Below are positions 58,259 through 64,000 of a DNA stretch of 64,000 nt, piece after piece. A program made the position numbers and the translations under genes. Numbering within the stretch: position 1 is the stretch's first letter; each line of letters begins with the position of its first letter. The notes beneath the pieces are model-generated. The model searched no databases and had not been told where the DNA came from. It saw nothing but the letters and a program-made list of their open reading frames with translations. The stretch comes from Eledone cirrhosa (taxonomy: Eukaryota): the NCBI GenBank assembly GCA_964016885.1, contig OZ024740.1, forward strand, positions 170,624,001 to 170,688,000, read 5' to 3'.

Positions 58259-58613
58259 GTGTGTGTGTCTAAATATTCTTGATTGAAACTGTTGAAATGC
58301 ATTCTGTTATACTTGTGTGGGTCATGGTGGCGGTTATATATAACGTAGAGTTCTCATGTAAGCGCGTGTGCAAGTTTACCTTTCCGTTATACACAAAGAA
58401 ACACAAACACACAGACATGCACTCACACACACAAACACACACATATATATATATATATATATATGTATATGTATATATATATATTTTTTTTTTGTATATT
58501 TATATATATGTGTGTGTGTGAAGTATATATATATATATGTACACACACATATATATATATATGTATGTATGGATATATATATATACATACAGACAGACAG
58601 CCATATGTATATA

Positions 58614-58661
<48 letters not shown>

Positions 58662-58797
58662 TGTGTAGAAGTAAACACAGTAAATCCTGTGTCTAAAATT
58701 ACGAGGGTAGATTACACCACAAATGTTATATATCATTTAACCTGAATCATATGGGATGTTACAAGATTTCTCATACATACCATATCAATAACCATTT

Positions 58798-58891
58798 CAT
58801 CTCCCAAACAGACTAAAGATTTAATCTGTTTCGCCCTGAATGAATTGTGTTTGTAACAAATAATCCGTAGGCATTTCGTCAGCGAGAGATG
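58798..58891 (-). ncRNA. Type I hammerhead-like motif with a 3-nt insertion before stem II
   Basis: catctctcg CTGACGA aat gcct..gggc GAAA caga-ttaaatctttag-tctg TT tgggagatg. Stem I is 9 bp. Confidence 0.65.
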
Positions 58892-59059
58892 AGATTAAAT
58901 GATACACAACACCTATAACGAGAAACTCACTAGAGTTTACACCTCGTGCGTTGAAAGTCATATGCGGTGCGAGTGGTTATACTAGAAATAATAGCCTATT
59001 TACACTCATTTTTATAAGCTCAACAGATAAGGAGCCGAAATACCAATAATTTGTATTTG

Positions 59060-59103
<44 letters not shown>

Positions 59104-59250
59104 TTCAGATATGCATATATATATAGAGAGATATGCATATATATATATATACATATATATACATATGTATATATATATTCATATATACATGTATACATAT
59201 ATATATATTCATATATACATGTATATTTATATATATATTCATATATACAC

Positions 59251-59324
<74 letters not shown>

Positions 59325-59402
59325 CCCTGGTTCAGTCTGTCGTAACCACAGTAAGTAAGGCACTCAATACGTATCAGAGTATAAATATTTAATATACAAA
59401 TT

Positions 59403-59503
59403 GCCTCTACAGGACTAAAACTGTTTCATTCGAAGGAGATCATCAGGAAATGGGCTTTCTTGATGATTTCCTTCGAATGAATCAGTTTTAGACTTGTAGA
59501 AGC
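59403..59503. ncRNA. Fold-back pair of HHR motifs (core intact on the minus arm, mutated on the plus arm)
   Basis: Minus arm: tttc CTGATGA tctccttcgaat GAAA cag..ctg TA gagg. Plus arm: ggctttc tTGATGA tttccttcgaat GAAt cag..ttg TA gaagcc. Confidence 0.6.
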
Positions 59504-59534
59504 CATTTCTATATTATATATATATATATATATA

Positions 59535-60468
<934 letters not shown>

Positions 60469-60472
60469 TGTG

Positions 60473-60511
<39 letters not shown>

Positions 60512-60927
60512 GTAGATAGATAGATAGATAGATAGATTGAGAGATAGATAGAGAGATAAATTTACAACCCACACGTAATTTTAGTACTAATAAAAACATC
60601 TTATGAGGTTGCGTAAAATATTGCAACATCTGTTGGTTGGAATTGCATCGGGCAAAAGACAGAGAATATTTACAATATTAGACATTCAGACAAAGAAAAA
60701 TTATAACAAAAAAAGAACCTACAAAGGGAGACAAATAGGTTATTGAATTAAGTATAACAAAAGTCTAATCTCACAGAATATTAAACGTCCACACACAAAC
60801 GCACAGACATTATATATGCATATACGATTATCATTATATATATATGCATTTACGATTATCAAAAAATAGTAATCAACAGAAATGACATCCTTACCATTAT
60901 TCATATATACATACTTATTTATACTAA

Positions 60928-60986
<59 letters not shown>

Positions 60987-60987
60987 C

Positions 60988-62240
60988 TAAAGAATTAGTA
61001 TATCTACCAACATATATATACAGATGCATACCTATGCTAGCAAATATATAGGTTTTGTCTTAGTAACTTTGTGGTTCAATGCAAGGGGATGTAGAACAAT
61101 TATATGAAAGACGTAAAATAAGAAAATTATAAAAATTAACTTACTAAAATTTCACTCCAACTAATTAGTTTCTGAAAGGGAATAAACATGGTTTCCGAAT
61201 GGAACACATGGAGAAGGCCTTTCGTCATCAGAAAGTCTGTTCTCAGCTAAGTTCCCAGGCGATGCGTGGACAGAGGGAACTTATACAAAAATAATTCAGT
61301 GGATGGAAAAAAGCAAGCGTGGTCTAAATTCCAAGATATTGAAAAAATCACTGCCTACTTGGTCGGTGGCAAATTCAAAAGAATCAATCACGTGACATCG
61401 AGGTTAATCAGTGAGGAGTGGGGTGTTAAGAAGACAGTAGCCGAACTATTACTATGAACTATAGTAGCAGTTTTGGCAAATTTTTGCTCAACAAAATAAT
61501 TTGGAGATAATTATAAAGAATTAGTATATCTACCAACATATATATACATATGCATACCTATGCAAGCAAATATATAGGTTTTGTCTTAGTAACTTTGTGG
61601 TTCAATGCAAGGGGATGCAGAACAATTATATGAAAGACGTAAAATAAGAAAATTATAAAAATTAACTTACTTACTAAAATTTCACTCCAATTAATTAGTT
61701 TCTGAAAGGGAATAAACATGGTTTCCGAATGGAACACATGGAGAAGGCCTTTCGTCATCAGGAATTCTGTTCTCAGCTAAGTTCCCAGGCGATGCGTGGA
61801 CACAGGGAACTTATACAAAAATAATTCAGTGGATGGAAAAAAGCAAGCGTGGACTAAATTCCAAGACATTGAAAAAATCACTGCCTACTTAGTCGGTGGC
61901 AAATTCAAAAGAATCAATCACGTGACATCGAGGTAAATCAGTGAGGAGTGGGGTGTTAAGAAGACAAAGGCCGAACTATTACTATGAACTATAGTAGCAG
62001 TTTTAACAAATTTTTGCTCAACAAAATAATTTGGAGATAATTATAAAGAATTAGTATATCTACCAACATATATATACAGATGCATACCTATGTGTCCACG
62101 CATCGCCTGGGAACTTAGCTGAGAACAGACTTCCTGATGACGAAAGGCCTTCTCCATGTGTTCCATTCGGAAACCATGTTTATTCCCTTTCAGAAACTAA
62201 TTAGTTGGAGTGAAATTTTAGTAAGTTAATTTTTATAATT
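60988..62240 (-). mobile_element. Retrozyme-like element: 2.1 tandem ~528-bp units plus an inverted ~150-bp segment, between (TA)n runs
   Basis: agaattagtatatctacc recurs at 60991, 61517 and 62047. 62092-62240 is the reverse complement of ~61105-61270. Confidence 0.85.
61154..61236 (-). ncRNA. Type I hammerhead ribozyme (also 61684-61766 -, 62129-62211 +)
   Basis: actt(t/c) CTGATGA c-gaaagg..cctttc-a GAAA ctaattag TT ggagt: 6-bp stem II, palindromic stem III, GUU site. Confidence 0.75.
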
Positions 62241-62255
62241 TTCTTATTTTACGTC

Positions 62256-62330
<75 letters not shown>

Positions 62331-62887
62331 TAAATATATATATATGTGGGAGGGATGTAGAAATGTGACACATAAAGCTGAAACCGGTACACGATTAAAT
62401 TCCCAGCTCTGCTTAATGGAGTTATACTATATAGTACAAGCACCCCAGGAACTCATTAATAGTCGGGCTGAAACGGTTATCAATTGCGGCCACAGACTGC
62501 AGCACTCCTTCTACAGATGGTCCCCAGAACCGGAATAACATCATATCCCCACAGCTCTCTGCATCACACCTCAATTTAGTCCACCTACAATAGGTATACC
62601 AATGAGCAGTGTCTAATGACACTATCGACCAGCCATTGGATTTCCACCAAGGCACCTACTGAGTTAGACTCACTCTACTAATATTTCCCCTGGCTGGGAT
62701 AGGTTAAAATAAACTTAAGGATTCTACGGCCTAGGACCGTATAATTACCTTCCTTAATTTGATTATGCCCCTTTCACCGACGCCATCGTGTTTACTCTTT
62801 TTCGGGTATAATGCAGGGCGATGTCAAGTTAGAGTAACAATTCTCAACGGTATCTGTATTTACTGATGTCTTCATACAAACTATTAT

Positions 62888-62926
62888 CTCTCCGAAGAGA
62901 CCATCTGGGCGAAACATGTGTAAGAG
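62888..62926 (+). ncRNA. Minimal hammerhead-like motif with a CCGAAGA core
   Basis: ctct CCGAAGA gaccatctgggc GAAA catgtg TA agag. Confidence 0.55.
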
Positions 62927-63107
62927 CTATATAAAGAACTTGTTTTAACGGTTGTAACTCCTTCATTCATTCATTTGATTATTCCCGCTCTGCTTAAACT
63001 ATACGCTAAATATTAACTTGCTCTAATATTTAACTCTGCTAACCCAAACATTGAGCACACTACGCTTCCTCCTCTCTGCTTCCTCTTCTCTTACGATACT
63101 TATACCC

Positions 63108-63197
<90 letters not shown>

Positions 63198-63467
63198 TAT
63201 AAAGAGTCGGGAACAACGGCTGAGCTCAGCCGTCGGTGTCCTGACTCTTTATAATATATACAACCATATTCTACTATACCAAGTAAGGAGTACTGTCTTG
63301 AGTAATGTTCTAACCAGTTTCAAACTTAATCCATCCATAATGTGTTCACAACATCAATGGTCCAGAAAAGACAGCTGATGAGCAGGAATTGACCTTGTGT
63401 TTGTGTTTCTCTTAAGTTTTCTAAATAATATTTATTAGTAACTACACAGAGCTGTTCTCACTTTTTG

Positions 63468-63735
<268 letters not shown>

Positions 63736-64000
63736 AATATATACAAATATATTAAACAGGTTATTTATCACTGATGTTCTGAAAATCTCAATAAATGATA
63801 GCTCAAAGAATGATATGCTTATATAGAATAACTTTAACAAAGTTAGCTATGTATGTATATATATATATATAAATATATATATATATGTGTGTGTGAGTGT
63901 GTGTGTGTGTGTGTGCGTGCGCGCGCGCGCGTGTGTGTGTATGTAAAATCTAAACAGAAATAACAACACAATCCGTACAGTATATGGAAGGGATATATTA

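Noticed and set aside
60474-60558. (GATA)n tract as a Tx1 remnant
   Set aside because: No Tx1 sequence is adjacent; it is an unoccupied microsatellite.

Overview
A very AT-rich eukaryotic window saturated with microsatellites and made up mostly of repeats. The repeat landscape looks cephalopod/octopus-like, which is an inference. I found no convincing host protein-coding exon, and most ORF-track entries are translations of (TA)n, (CA)n or (TACA)n. There are four real components. (1) A near-intact 5.7-kb Tx1/L1-group non-LTR retrotransposon (ORF1 with a CCHC knuckle; ORF2 APE-RT-CCHC with one frameshift and one nonsense codon), plus a 5'-truncated relative; both sit in the same (GA)n(GATA)n microsatellite. 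(2) A 5'-truncated Penelope-like element (PLE) with a GIY-YIG endonuclease whose 3' end carries a hammerhead ribozyme (HHR). (3) More than a dozen short non-coding modules lodged between (TA)n runs. Many fold by eye into type I HHRs and are arranged as ~0.5-kb partial tandem repeats or fold-back palindromes, resembling retrozymes or PLE pseudo-LTRs. Several have a non-canonical core (U4A or U4C; non-Watson-Crick base of stem II). (4) About 20 tRNA-derived SINE copies and decayed CRE-, HERO- and RTE-like and MITE fragments. All structures were read by eye, so coordinates may be off by a few bases.
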